The position numbers and the translations under genes were made by a program. DNA of 64,000 nt from Octopus vulgaris. Taxonomy: Eukaryota. Shown piece after piece: positions 12,498 to 25,169 of this stretch (its first letter is position 1; every line of letters begins with the position of its first letter). The DNA is taken from assembly GCA_951406725.2 (NCBI GenBank), contig OX597816.1:11160001-11224000 (forward strand), read 5' to 3'. Under the pieces are notes generated by a model. It saw nothing but the letters and a program-made list of their open reading frames with translations. It did not search any database and was not told the DNA's origin.

Positions 12498-12550
<53 letters not shown>

Positions 12551-12560
12551 TGTGTAGATA
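10040..12560. repeat. Compound microsatellite zone ((TCTA)n, (TC)n, (TG)n, (TA)n, (TATG)n) with a family B fragment at 11363-11520
   Basis: Read directly; explains all overlapping ORFs in this interval. Confidence 0.95.
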
Positions 12561-14104
12561 GATGGATAGACAATTATATTTGTACACGTGTATCTTCGTA
12601 CAAGTGCATAAGTGTAGACGCCTCTTAATGGTGGTAAAGTATTAAACTATTCAATTGGAATGATTCCAACAGAGAAACAAAACATATTAAGCCTTGTTGG
12701 CACTTCAAGAATGGTCAATACCAAAAGCGAGAGAGAGAGAGAGAGAGAGAGAGCGAAGAACCCAACAGTTCCATTACACACTTAACAAGCTGAGGAAATC
12801 TAAGGAGGTATTGTGGGCGAAAATTATAGTTTTTCTTTTTTTAATATCTCTCTCCTTTTTTTCTTGAAGGGACATCAATTTGAGATAAGAAATGATTCTG
12901 TCCACATTGATGAGATGTAATACTAGAAAATCCAGAGTTCAATGGTTCATATCCCATTATTAAGTTTGTACGGTATCTGTAACGAAAGAGTCTTAGAGAT
13001 GCTTAAATATCAAAATTGTTCGGTTCCAACTAGTTGTAAATTGGTAAGGTATTGATGTGATGTCAGGTATGGTGTTTCAAATCATATTTGCAAAGTGGAG
13101 GGTCTATCTAAGTCTGATTAAATTGTTATTACCGTTATTACCATTGGTGCGACTAATGATACCACTAAATCCACACTGCCAGCACCACCACTCCTGCTGC
13201 CACCACCACTATTACCATTACCAGTGCCATGACTTTCACTGCTGCCATGACCACCACCACCACCACCATGTGAGAGTTTCTTCATCATTGTCGTTGTCAT
13301 CGTCGTCGTCGTCGTCCTCCTCCTCCTCCTCCCCTCCCCCATCCCCCTCATCCCCCACCTTCTCCCCCTCTGCCTCCCCATCATCATCAGCCATCCACTT
13401 TTCCATGCTCATTTGAGTCAGATGGAATTTGTGGGGCCAGATTTTCTGCTGCCAGGTGCTCTTCCTATCACCAACCCTCACCTGTTGCCAAGTAAGGTAA
13501 TATTTCCCCCAGACCAGACATGTTTTGTGTATCTTTTTCCAGACAACATATGAAGTCTAGACAACAACATACACACACACACATACTACATATATAATAT
13601 GCTTCTTTCAGTTTCCATCTACCAACTCCACTCACAAGAATTTGGAAGATCCAAGCCTATTGTAGAAGACACTTACCTCAGGGTACCACACAATAGGACT
13701 CAACTTGAAACCCCTTAATTGACAAGCAAACCCCACAACCACCTTAGTTCACGGTATTCTTCTTTTGGCTTTAAATGACACCAAATATCAGTAAATGTCT
13801 ATGGAAATAGTTAGTAGCTTAATCTATAATCTATAAGGCCATGATAGGATTGGCTAGTTCCCAAAATGATTCTGCTGGAGCTCTTGGAAATGTCTCATCA
13901 ATTGTTCTGATCATTGATGATGTAATTTGTTGGTTTTCTTTTGCTTAAACCTTTAAAAGACTCTCCAAATTCCTCTCTGTTGCAATTACTGTTCCGTACA
14001 CTGAAGCCCTGTGATTGATGCTGTTTAATAATATCATCTTTTTATTACTGTCAAACATTTTGAAATAACATTGTTATTAAAAATTAAAACTCTCTCATAG
14101 CATT

Positions 14105-14352
14105 AGAAAATTACTATTTTTAAATCTCACAACGTGAGATATTCCGCGACAGTGCTTTATAGTAAAGATTGTTTGCCAACATAACATGGCAGTCCTGGTT
14201 TAGGACTAATGTTGCTGTAATTTAGCCCCAGGAGACATTGTCTCCAGTTGGCTATATGACACAGATATAAGGACACATATTGTGTCATATAGCCAGCTGG
14301 AGACGATGTCTCCTGGGGCTAAATTACTGCAGCATTAGTCCTAAACCAGGAC
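14105..14352. mobile_element. Fold-back Penelope-like derivative (same family as 30094-30458)
   Basis: Arms 14191-14262 and 14281-14353 are near-perfect reverse complements; direct repeat actctctcatagcatt at 14089-14104 and 14351-14366. Confidence 0.8.
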
Positions 14353-14366
14353 TCTCTCATAGCATT

Positions 14367-14397
<31 letters not shown>

Positions 14398-14896
14398 CAT
14401 CATCATCATCATCGTTTAACGTCCGCTTTCCATGCTAGCTTGGGTTGGATGATTTGACTGAGGACTGGCAAACCAGATGGCTGCACCAGGCTCCAATCTT
14501 GATTTGGCAGAGTTTCTACAGCTGGATGCCCTTCCTAACGCCAACCACTCTGAGAGTGTGTATGTATATATATTTATATATATGTACATATGTATGTGTC
14601 TGTGTCTATGTGTACTTTTGTCCTGTGATGATGGTAAACAGGCATTGCCATTGAGCGATTTCCTTCATTCACGATCTTTCATGAAAAGCACACCTGTTCA
14701 TGGGGAAATATTACCTCCCTCGGAAACAGGTGAGGGCCAGTGACCAGAAGGGTGTCCAGCCATAGGGCATTTGCTTCAACTAATTCCATGTGCCCCATGC
14801 AATCAGGAGAAAGTGGACGTTAAAACAACGATGACAGTCGTGAGAATGATGATGATGATGACGACAAAGAAGACAACGATGGTGACAACAATAATG

Positions 14897-14941
<45 letters not shown>

Positions 14942-15544
14942 ATGAGGAGGAGGAGGAGGAGGAAGAGGTGTATGTCTTGGGTGAAAAGGAAAGAGTATTT
15001 AGTATTTGCTTCCCGATGAGAAAATATCTCCAGAACCAAGCTAGCAACATAATACGTCTAGAATGGAACTGTAATCAAACTTGCCATATAAACACAAGAG
15101 AACTCTGTACCAGCTACAAATATTATTTATTGTTCGTAGTTATTATTCATTAATAGCTTCAGAACATTCTTGAAGGCTGTATTTTAGAATTATCTTGTAT
15201 TATATTTCTGGAATAATATCAGTACTTAGCCCGCAGGTATTCTTTTGATAGAAGTTTAGCTTTTCTGGGTAAAAATAGAATAATTTGCAGATCAGATTGT
15301 CTTAACCCTATTGATACCAACCAGCCTGAAGCCACCCCTGGTTTTGTGATAGGAATTTCCTGTTTTTAAGTGATAAAAGGTTGGCTGAATGTATGCATAC
15401 AGTGCCTGACAAAGGGATATGGAGAACTGCGACAAGCTGACCCCAGAACACAGGAAGAGAGTCTGGCAGATGGCTGATGGCTGATGGAATCAAACACTCC
15501 CATCAAAATTTCATGACACTTTATGTCTGAAACACCACTTTAAT

Positions 15545-15960
15545 CATCATCATCATTTAACGTCCGTTTTCCGTGCTAGTACAGGTTGGACTGTTCGACC
15601 GGGGTCTGGGAAGTCAGGAGGCTGCACCAGGCTCCAGTCTGATCTGGCAGTGTTTCTACAGCTGGATGTCCTTCCTAACGCCAACCACTCCGTGAGTGTA
15701 GTGGGTGCTTTTTATGTGCCACTGGCACAGGTGCCAGGGGGTGGGGCTGGCAGTGGCCATAATCGGTTGGTGCTTTTTATGTGCCACCGGCACAGGTGCC
15801 AGGGGGTGGGGTGGGGCTGGCAGTGGCCATAATCGGTTGGTGCTTTTTATGTGCCACCGGCACAGAAGCCAGTCGAGGCAGTGCTGTCATCGGCCACACA
15901 TATGGTGCTTTTTATGTACCACCAGCACAGTCACCAGGGGAGGCTGCTGGTACAGGTGCC
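15545..15960 (-). mobile_element. SINE-like family B with internal tandem repeats of about 60 bp
   Basis: Family B tail and core plus repeated ggtgctttttatgtgccacYggcacag units. Confidence 0.8.
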
Positions 15961-16629
15961 AGATTTCAAATTTTGACTCAAAGCCAGTAATTTTGGGGAA
16001 AGGGATAAGTTAATTACATTGACCCCAGTAATCAACCGGTACTTATTTTATCAAGCCTGAAGGGATTAACAGCAAAGCCGATTTCAGTGGAATCTGAACT
16101 TGGAATGTGAAGATGGATGGAATGGTGCTAAGCATTTTGCCCAGCACGTTAATGAGTTTGCAAGCTCAGCACCTTACACCAGTTTAATATTGACAATGTA
16201 ATTCTTCAAAATACTTCGTTATTTAAAAATTAATTGAAACAAAGATGGCATATTTGAACAGAGGTAGGGTAAAGAAAAGATTGATAAGACGAAACTTGGA
16301 AATATGCCCTATTTACAATATAAACATTTTAATATCATCATTATCATCATCATCATCATCATCATTTAACATTTGCTTTCCATGCTAGCATGGGTTGGAC
16401 GATTCGACTGAGGTCTGGCGAACCAGATGGCTGCACCAGGCTCCAATCTGATATGGCAGAGTTTCTACAGCTGACAAGCAAATCTGTGGTATTGAATAGA
16501 ATATTTGCTGTAGCCCATCTTTTACACCAAGACAAAACAATGTACATGATAACACTTCCAATCAGTTAAGATCAAAGGCCATGAGAGCCACTGCCTGGTA
16601 CTGTATCAGGGCATTTATTATTATTATTT

Positions 16630-17004
16630 TCTCTATATATATAAACGGCAAAATGTCTGTCTGTGTGTGTGTGTGTATCCTTTAAACAAATCCACAATTT
16701 TTCAGTTAGAGGGCTCGCACTTTCTATGTTCATTCAAAACCGTCCAAGGGTGGTTGTGCACATCTTTACATTTCCCCAGTCACCCTGCAAAGCCATTAAA
16801 AAATTAATAGAAATGACTTTTTTGTGGATTTTCTATCCAAAACCCAATGAAAATGCCCGAAACTTGATATGCCAATTGAATGCCAACTAGCTGTATGTGA
16901 TTGGTTGGAGATTTGGACAGTACTCGCGTGTATGTGCACATGCATGCAGCTGTATATGCATGCACTAGCTCTATGACCCCCACGTTGCTGGGTCATAGTG
17001 CTAG
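16630..17004 (+). mobile_element. Non-autonomous Helitron (second family)
   Basis: Starts TCTCTATATATATAAACGG; has a terminal hairpin actagctctatgaccc...gggtcatagtgctagt ending CTAG|T. Confidence 0.8.
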
Positions 17005-17127
17005 TATTTGATAAAATTAGTACTTGTCAGGCACTGGTGTCTATGTCATTGACTAACCCTGCTTCAAATTGCTGGCCTTGTGCCAAAATTTGAAACAATT
17101 ATTCATATTAAACAATAAGAAGAGCGC

Positions 17128-17430
17128 AATGTGAATTGTAATGGAGATTGTTTATTGAACGGATTGATCAATATTTCGACAGATTGTGTTTCTTCTTCAG
17201 GTTCAAAACGTAAAATGAAAAACACCACAGAAACCCCAAAATTCAAAATAGGAACAAAGAAATCCTGCATTCCCTTTTTAGATTAAATGACATCCTCATA
17301 TTTTCAGTTTCTGCATTCCTACATCTTTTTTTTCTCATTTTGCATTTTGAACCCAAAGAAGACAGACAATCCTTCAAAATATTGTTCAATCTGTTCAATA
17401 AACAGAACCAATTCCTATTACAAATCACAT
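17128..17430 (-). mobile_element. Inverted-end element with hammerhead motif (17165-17205, minus strand)
   Basis: Inverted arms 17128-17175 and 17378-17430. Minus strand reads tgaac CTGAAGA a gaaacacaatctgtc GAAA tatt gatca. Confidence 0.6.
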
Positions 17431-18019
17431 CCTCCTATTTTTATGGTTTATTTAACTTTGTGAAGAGTTATGCCTAGTTTTATAAATTATTATTATTATT
17501 GTTGTTGTTATTATTATTATTATTATTATGACTATTATTATTATTAGTATTATTAACTACTCTCATGGAGTGGTTGGCATTAGGAAGGGCATCCAGCTGT
17601 AGAAACACTGACAGATCAGACTGGAGCCTGGTGCAGCCTCCTGGCTTCCCAGACCTCGGTCAAACCATCCAACCCATGCTAGCATGGAAAATGGATGTTA
17701 AACGATGATGATGATGATTACTATAACTACAACTATTATTATTATTATTATTATTATTATTATCATTATTATTATTACTATCATCATCATTATTATTATT
17801 ATCCAAGGCGGCAAGCTGGCAAAATCATTAGCATGCTGGGCAAAATGCTGAGCAGTATTTTGTCTGTTGCTAGGTTCTGAGTTGAAATTCTGCCAAGGTT
17901 GACTTTTCCTTTCATGTTTTTGGGGTCGATAAATTAAGTACCAGTCAAGTACTGGGGGCGATGTGATCGATTGTCCCTGTCCCCACAAAAATCCAGGCCT
18001 TGTGCCTATAACAGAAAGG

Positions 18020-18064
<45 letters not shown>

Positions 18065-18119
18065 TCCGGGACCTCTGGAAATATGCTGTGCTTCAGAAGA
18101 CTTAGCAAGCGCAAGTACG

Positions 18120-18692
18120 ACCATAACCTTGTGACCTATGCTAGGGGTGTAACCAGTCCACTTACGTGTGCCTTTTCTTCATTGGACACTAAACTCAGCT
18201 TGTGAAGACCAGTTGAGGCAAGTGATATCGAAATCAAACTTGGTGACTGGCATCCGTTACTAATGGAGCGCTAAGAGTACCATACGAGTGAGATCGTTGC
18301 CAGAGTAACAAGCTGGCCTTCGTGCTGTTGGCACGTTAAACACACCATTCGAGCGTGATCATTACTGCGTCGCCTTGCTAGCACTTGTGCTTGTGGCACG
18401 TGAAACATTCAAGCGAGATCGTCGCCAGTGTCGCTGGACTGGCTCCTGTGCAGGTGGCACGTAAAAAGCACCATTTGGGCGTGGCTGTTGCCAGTACCAT
18501 CAAACTGGCCCTCGTGCCGGTGGCACATAAAAGCACCCACTACACTCTCAGAGTGGTTGGCATTAGGAAGGGCATCCAGCTGTAGAAACTCTGCCAGATC
18601 AGATTGGAGTCTGGTGCAGCCATCTGGTTCGCCAGACCTCAGTCAAATCGTCCAACCCATGCTAGCATGAAAAGCGGACGTTAAATGATGAT
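18120..18692 (+). mobile_element. Long family B element including its 5' region
   Basis: cttgtgaagacc.gttgaggcaagtga is shared with 5283; it also carries the internal repeats, core and tail. Confidence 0.75.
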
Positions 18693-18774
18693 GGTTATTA
18701 TTACTATTGTTGTGGTTGTTGTTTTTGTCATTGTCATCATCCTTATCGTCATTATTATTATTATTATTATTATG

Positions 18775-19125
18775 GTTTTGTTGTTGAGATCTTTGTTGTT
18801 TCCCAGAGCAGCTTTGCTGGATAATGAAAGAAACTGTCAACTGTTCACAAACACTGAACTGAAGATTTTTCATCCAGATTTCAAGAATTCTGTGGAGGAT
18901 TCGTGCAGTTTCAAGTAGCGTTGTTTTCCTCTAGATGTTCTAGCTCACAAATTTGATCCTATCGGTTCGACCTATATTTTAACCTTGGTACTTTTTTTGT
19001 ACTTCCAGTTCTTAGAGTACCCATAGCTCCAAGAACGACAGGTATACACCCACCTTCTTCAATGATCACAGACTTTTTATCTCCCACTTCAAATCACCAC
19101 ATCTGACCTGCATCTCAGAAATTCT
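18775..19125 (-). mobile_element. Decayed 3' end of an R4/Dong-type RLE LINE
   Basis: Minus-strand pieces read GDLKWEIKSL*SLKKV, IPVVLGAMG and KTTLLETARILHRILE, typical of the C-terminus after the RLE domain; ends in (AAT)n. Confidence 0.65.
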
Positions 19126-20357
19126 TAATAGCTTTATTTCATTATCATCACCATCATCATCATCATCATCATCACCATTTTTATTGTTGCTGTTGTTGTT
19201 GTTGTTATTATCATCGTCATTATTATTGCTACTATTATTTTCCGTATATTCTGACAATCAGAGTCATAAATTAATGTTGAAACTTTATTGAGTTATACAT
19301 AATAGTGGAAAGGACACAGACAGCATCATTTATTGCCGAGAAAGCAATTTATTGGGTGACAACAAAATGAATTAAAATTCATTTACCACAAACTCAGATC
19401 TAGAATTGATTTATCTGCCTAGATACATCATACTAATAGCTAGTTATGATTCTAGCTATAGCATAGTTGTAAGTGTAATGTAGTATTTTTGATAATTAGA
19501 GTAGATATCTCAATGGGTTCACCAATATACATTTGTTAACTGAGTCTTAGTGAAAGCTATGAAGCAAATCCCAGAGTAATTCTTTCTAAATAGAAATCAT
19601 TATCTACAAGCCAGTGTTGTGTAGAAGTACTACTACTCCTACTAGAATTACATCTATAAATCAAGGATAATTGTATCTCTAAGTCTCTTGTAGCAGTCAG
19701 TAGTTCGGTTGTGTTATTAGATGTTAAATCAATTAGAGATGTATATCATTACTAAGAGTGCTTGGGAATTCTTGATTCTGGTCGTGCTGCAGTATGGCCC
19801 CCAGGAACCTTGGTTGGAGTCAATTAGAGTTAAGGTAAAAGTAGAGTGGGTTTTTTTTTCCCCAGTAATAATACTAAGATATATAAATCATTATTAAGAG
19901 AGGTTAGAAATTGTGTGGTAAGAAGCTTATTTCCCAACCTCATGGTTCTAGGTTCTGTTCCAATGCATAGCGCCTTCGGCAGGTATCTTTCTATTACAGC
20001 CTCAAGCTGATCAAAGTCTTGTGGGTGAATTCGTGGATTATCAAGATGGAAACTGAAAGAAGCCCATTATGTGTGTATGTGTTGGTGTCTGTGTTTGTCT
20101 CCCTCTAGCACTTGACAACTGGTTTTGACATGTTTACATTCATGACTTAGCACTTAGTAAAAGGGGTCAATAGAATAACTACTAGGTTCAAATAATAAGT
20201 GCTGGGGTCAAGCCATTCAACTAAAAATTCTTCAAGGCAGTGCCCCAATATGGCCACAGTCTAATGACTGAAATAAGTAAAAGATAAAAGAATGTTGTTG
20301 CCCCAGCATGGTCTTTGTCATCATCACCATTTTTATTGTTGTTGCTGTTGTTATTAC

Positions 20358-20408
<51 letters not shown>

Positions 20409-20727
20409 TTTTACATCCACTCTCCATGGGTTGGATAGTTTGACTGAGGACTGGTGAGCCAGTGGCTGCACCAGGCTCAATCTGATTTGTCAAAGTTTCT
20501 ACAGCTGGTTGCCCTTCCTAACGCCAACCACTCCATGAGTGTAGTGGGTGCTTTTTTACATGCCACCGGCATGAGGGCCAATCAGGCAGTACTGCCAATG
20601 ACCACGCTCAAAAGGTCATTTTATGTGTTACCTGCATGGGAGCCACTCTGACAGCACTGGCAATGGCCACGCTCAAATGTTGTTTTTCACATGCCACCAG
20701 CACAGGAGCCAATCCGTGGCCCTGTTA

Positions 20728-20784
<57 letters not shown>

Positions 20785-21054
20785 GCATTATTGTTATCTC
20801 CTATACTCTGATAATCAAGTCATAAATTAATGTTGAAACTTTATTGAGCTATACATAATAGTTGAAAGGACATCCTTAATTCTGGAGAAATATATCAGAA
20901 GAATGATCAGAGACAGCAGAGAGAAGTTCCAGTTGGATCTGGTCAAAGAGTAACAAAAATGAATTTGCTTACCATTTGAAGGCAATATTTTTGTATTTTA
21001 ATGCCAAGGGAAGTAATTCTGAGTGAGTCATTGTGATAACATTGACATTTTGCT

Positions 21055-21068
21055 GTTACCATGGCAAC
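21055..21068. promoter_or_regulatory. Canonical RFX X-box GTTACCATGGCAAC
   Basis: Matches the GTNRCC-NN-RGYAAC consensus in apparently non-repetitive sequence; TGAGTCA at 21024-21030 and CCAAT immediately 3'. Function is unproven. Confidence 0.4.
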
Positions 21069-22589
21069 CAATGTTATTTCTTCTTAAAGTATAAGTTTTT
21101 TTTTTTGTTTCTTTATTACCCACAAGGGGCTAAACATAGAAGGGACAAACGAGGACAGACAAAGGGATTAAGTCAATTACATCGACCCAAAAGCATAACT
21201 GGTACTTAATTTATCGACCCCAAAAAGATGAAAGGTAAAGGCGACCTCGGCGGAATTTGAACGCACAACGTAACGGTAGACAAAGCTGAGTCACTGGAAA
21301 GGAGTTACTACCAAATGAAGTCTCCAAGCAGTTTAACTGCACATGTCTCTGACATCCAAGTGGTGAAAAGGTATCAGCAGAAGGTCACCCAGGAATCATG
21401 ATCTGGATGTGGCTCAGACCCCTTTAAGTGAAAGGCCAAAATGCTTGCCTGAGTTGGGGGTTTCTGCTCTGAAGACCTTCCACTCTTACTTCAGAGAAAT
21501 ACTTGCCTAGCAAATGATTTGATCTTTGTGCTGAAACTGAACTGATTGCAACTTTGGTGACATAGTGACCAGGCTGAAGTATGGAGGGTGGTGGGTCAAA
21601 GATTTTGACTCTAAATAATAAGGTTTCAGTGAAATTAACAGTTTTTGCAAGTTTTTGCAATGGCCAAAATGCGTTTTCCATTTTCTTATCTATCACCTGT
21701 TTCTGTCTAAGGACTGGCAAGCTGGGAGGCTGCACCAGGCTTTATTTTGATTTGGCAAGGTTTCTACAGTTAAATGCCCTTCCTAACGCCAATCACTCTG
21801 AGAGTGTAGTTGGTACATTTTACTTGCCATCCACATAGGAGCCAGTCAGGCAGCACTGGCATCAGTAATGCTTGAATGGTGCTTTTTATGTTCCACTGGT
21901 GCAGGTGCCAGTCAGGTAGCACTGGCATTGATCACACTCAAATGGTGCTTTTTACGTACCAACATACATATATATATATATATATATACAATGGAATCCT
22001 ATCAGTTTCTGTCAACCAAATCCACTCACAAAGCTTTGCTCAGCCTGTGGCTATAGCAGAAGTCAATTTTCCAATGTGCCACACAAGCTGGGACTGAACC
22101 TGGAACCATGTGGTTGAGCAGCAAACTTTTTACCGCACAGCCACACTGCTCTAATTGTTTTATAAACTCACAAATGCAACATAGATTAAAATGAATGAAT
22201 GTTTCCAGGGAAAACAAAGCAAAAACAAACAGAAAACAGAAACAAAAATGAAATTCTTTGACGTGATTTTTGTTTCTTCATTTCATGTGTATTGCTAAGT
22301 CTGCGAGAAAGATGTTGACAATTATATCTCTTTTTTCTTTGAATAACTTGTTCTATATTCTTGCCTGGAGAAGAGGAAGCATTTCCTCCACTTTAAAACA
22401 TAATGATATAAACATAGCCAATTATTATAGAATTTCATGCTTTTTGAAAATCACCACCACCACCACCACCATGCTCATATATATATTATGTGTGTATGTG
22501 TGTGTGTTCTCTTCTATTTTTAATTATCTAAATTTCTTCCTCCGAGGATGGAGATGTTTTCTAACAGAGATACAATGCTTCATCATTGA

Positions 22590-22990
22590 AATGTCACATT
22601 TTAAACTTAAGGAAAATCTTGCATATTTTTACCATTCCACCTACAGATTATCTTTGTAATATGTGTCTCACCTGGTTGATTTCCTTTCCTGCAAAACTTA
22701 GTTTCTCCATATTGTCATATAGGTATTTACTAACAAACCCAAGAGCACCGATTGTTATTGGTGTAAATGTGAATAAGAATGTTTCAAAGCAGTTGTCCAT
22801 AACTATCTTCTTCCTCTTTGATTTCCAAAGAGATATTCACATCAGTCGGGTGGTTGACTTCTGTGACAGTACATACTTTTTCCTGTCTGTCCCAACAACT
22901 ATATCTTGTGCCTGGTAGATATTTTGATGGGAGAATTCCACCAGTATTCTTTCTTGTGATGTTTATGTATGTATTCAATAACACGAGCAA
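22590..22990 (-). mobile_element. Decayed RLE-domain C-terminus of an R2/R4/NeSL-group LINE
   Basis: Minus-strand pieces read WDRQEKVCTVTEVNHPTDVNISLEIKEEEDSYGQL, PITIGALGFVSKYLYDNMEKLSF and SVGGMVKICKIFLKF. Confidence 0.7.
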
Positions 22991-24102
22991 TCTCTATATT
23001 CACCCCAGGGCAGTCTTTAATTTGCATATGTGTGTGTGTGTGTGTATGTATGTGTGTATGTGTGTGAGTAACTAATTATTATCAATTAAGGGGGAAAATC
23101 AGCAAGACTTCAAAATCCTTAGCATGTTGTACAATATCTAGCATGATTTCTTTTGGCTTTACCTTCTCAGTTCTATTTCCGCCAAAATTGACCTTGTCTT
23201 TCATCCTGATGAAGTCAATAAAATAAAATACCAGTTAAGTACACAAGTTGATGTACTTGACTAATTCCTTATCTCCAAATCTCAGACCTTGTACCATAGT
23301 CAAAAGAATTGTCTATTAGGAGAAATAATCTTGCTCCAGTTTTTTTTTCTTGTTTTGCAAGTTCCAGCCAATTTACAATACAGATCATCATCATCATTAT
23401 CATCATCATCATCATCATCATCGTTTAATGTCTGTTTTCCATGCTGGCATGGGTTGGATGGTTTGACTGGGGACTAGAAAGCCAGGACACCACACAAGGC
23501 TCCTATCTGATCTGGCAGTGTTTCTACAGATGAATGTCCTTCCTAACACCAATGACTCCGAGAGTGTAGTGGGTGTTTTTTACGTGCCACTGGCACAGGG
23601 GTCAATCAGGCGGCACTGGCATCGGCCACGTTCAGATAGTGCTTTTTACATGCCACCAGCACAGGAGCCTGTCGGGGCTGGGTGGGGGGCTGGCATTGAC
23701 CACGTTTGGATGGTGCTTTTCACGTGCCACCAGCACAGAGAGCCAGTTAGGCAGCTCTAGCAGCGACCCACACAGGAATAGTGTGCTTATTGCATGCCAT
23801 CAAGATGTGCTTGATGTTCAGATTAAATTTCCTGTAGGCTGTTCTTGTTGTTGTTGATGTGGTTCTTAGATCCAATTAAGCTCTAGTCAATAAGTCAAAT
23901 GATTAAAGTTCACCCAGCTTTGATCAGCTCATCACTTTGCATACCTAGGGCCACATTCTTTAACACATCTTTTTCTTTTTACTTTTAAGTTAGAATGACA
24001 TGATTTGGAGGAGAATTGACAGCTATTTCTTACGAACCACTTAAAGTCTTCCATGTTGTCTTTAGTTATTGGCACCTATTGAAAAACCTGTGAGAAGCCA
24101 AT

Positions 24103-24518
24103 GGATCATTTTGGTTTGAACGGCAGTTTTTTCTAGCAGTGTCATATGAAATTGTCACCCATAATTATGACCCTAGTATCGATCTATTGCATTTCACTCT
24201 GTTTTAGGGTTAGGGTTAGGGGTGGGGGAAGGGTATCTTTTTTCTTCAGAAATGTAAATAAACCCAATCTATTTCTTAAACGAGGGACATATTTATACGG
24301 AACAGAATGTTTTCACCTCAATAGACGTCATTGATTGGTTGAAATTGCAGAAATTGAAGAAAAAACAACAACAAATATTTTACAAACCACAGAATGTTCT
24401 CAATAAAGCCAAGAGAAAAAGATGTTTTATAAACACATTCTACCAGTATATGAAGTTTAAAAGTGTTTAGTTACATATAAATTATTTTTAAAAACTGCCG
24501 TTCAAACCGAAAAGATCC
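24103..24518. mobile_element. Merlin-type MITE (416 bp) with internal (TTAGGG)3
   Basis: TIRs of about 29 bp, GGATCATTTTGGTTTGAACGGCAGTTTTT / AAAAACTGCCGTTCAAACCGAAAAGATCC; 8-bp TSD aagccaat at 24095-24102 and 24519-24526. GG ends plus an 8-bp TSD fit Merlin. Confidence 0.85.
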
Positions 24519-24646
24519 AAGCCAATGATATGTTCCAGAGGATTGCAATTTATAGAAAAGACATTGTGTTCAGGCATTATGCTTTTGGTAATGTTCATGA
24601 GGTGGTACAAGACATTGTGATATCTTTTTTTTAGCTTATCTGCATG

Positions 24647-25012
24647 TTAGTAAGTTAGTTAGTTAATTTTTTGGCTCAAACAGCAAAAAGCAAGGCCATG
24701 TAGGGGGACATGGAGTTATGTACAGGGTGGTGTTCATGTAAAGAGTTCAGGCCACTTGAGGTCAAGGGAGACTTTGAACAAAGCGGTCGTCGGCATCTTC
24801 ACCATCTCGTCTGGCAGCTTGTTCCACGGATCTGCAACCTGGACGGAGAAAGCCCCTCTCCTTCGATTGAGATGAAATCGTCGCAGATAAAGCTTTTCGG
24901 AGTGACCTCGCAGCCGACGCTCTGGAGCAGGAGTGAAGAACAGCTCTTTCGAGAGGTTACACTTTCTGCTTATGATGTTGTGAGCAAGAATGAGATCACC
25001 ACGGCGGCGGCG
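24647..25012 (-). mobile_element. 3' end of a CR1-clade LINE (family 1)
   Basis: Reverse complement of 48758-49122; encodes RRGDLILAHNII...LRGHSEKL...FSVQVADPWNKLPDE...FKVPLD; (aact/aactt)n tail. Confidence 0.85.
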
Positions 25013-25169
25013 TTTTTCTAGAGAATATGATTGGGAACTATTTAAGAAGGCTACTTATCTTGTAAGGCAACAGTTTGAATATTAAGCTTGTTAAAGCATC
25101 TACAAGAGAAAGAATGTGCCTATTGTTGCAAGTGTATTTAGATAAAAATTGCATGCCATGACAGTAGAG

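Noticed and set aside
10010-12499. ORFs of 65-228 aa rich in Y/I/L/S/C/V/H/T
   Set aside because: Translations of microsatellites; the same holds for the ORF clusters at 31.5, 34-36, 38-39.8, 42-44.3, 46.3-47.5, 50.3-51.3 and 53.2 kb.
24204-24221. True telomere or chromosome fusion site
   Set aside because: Only three units, internal to a TSD-flanked MITE.
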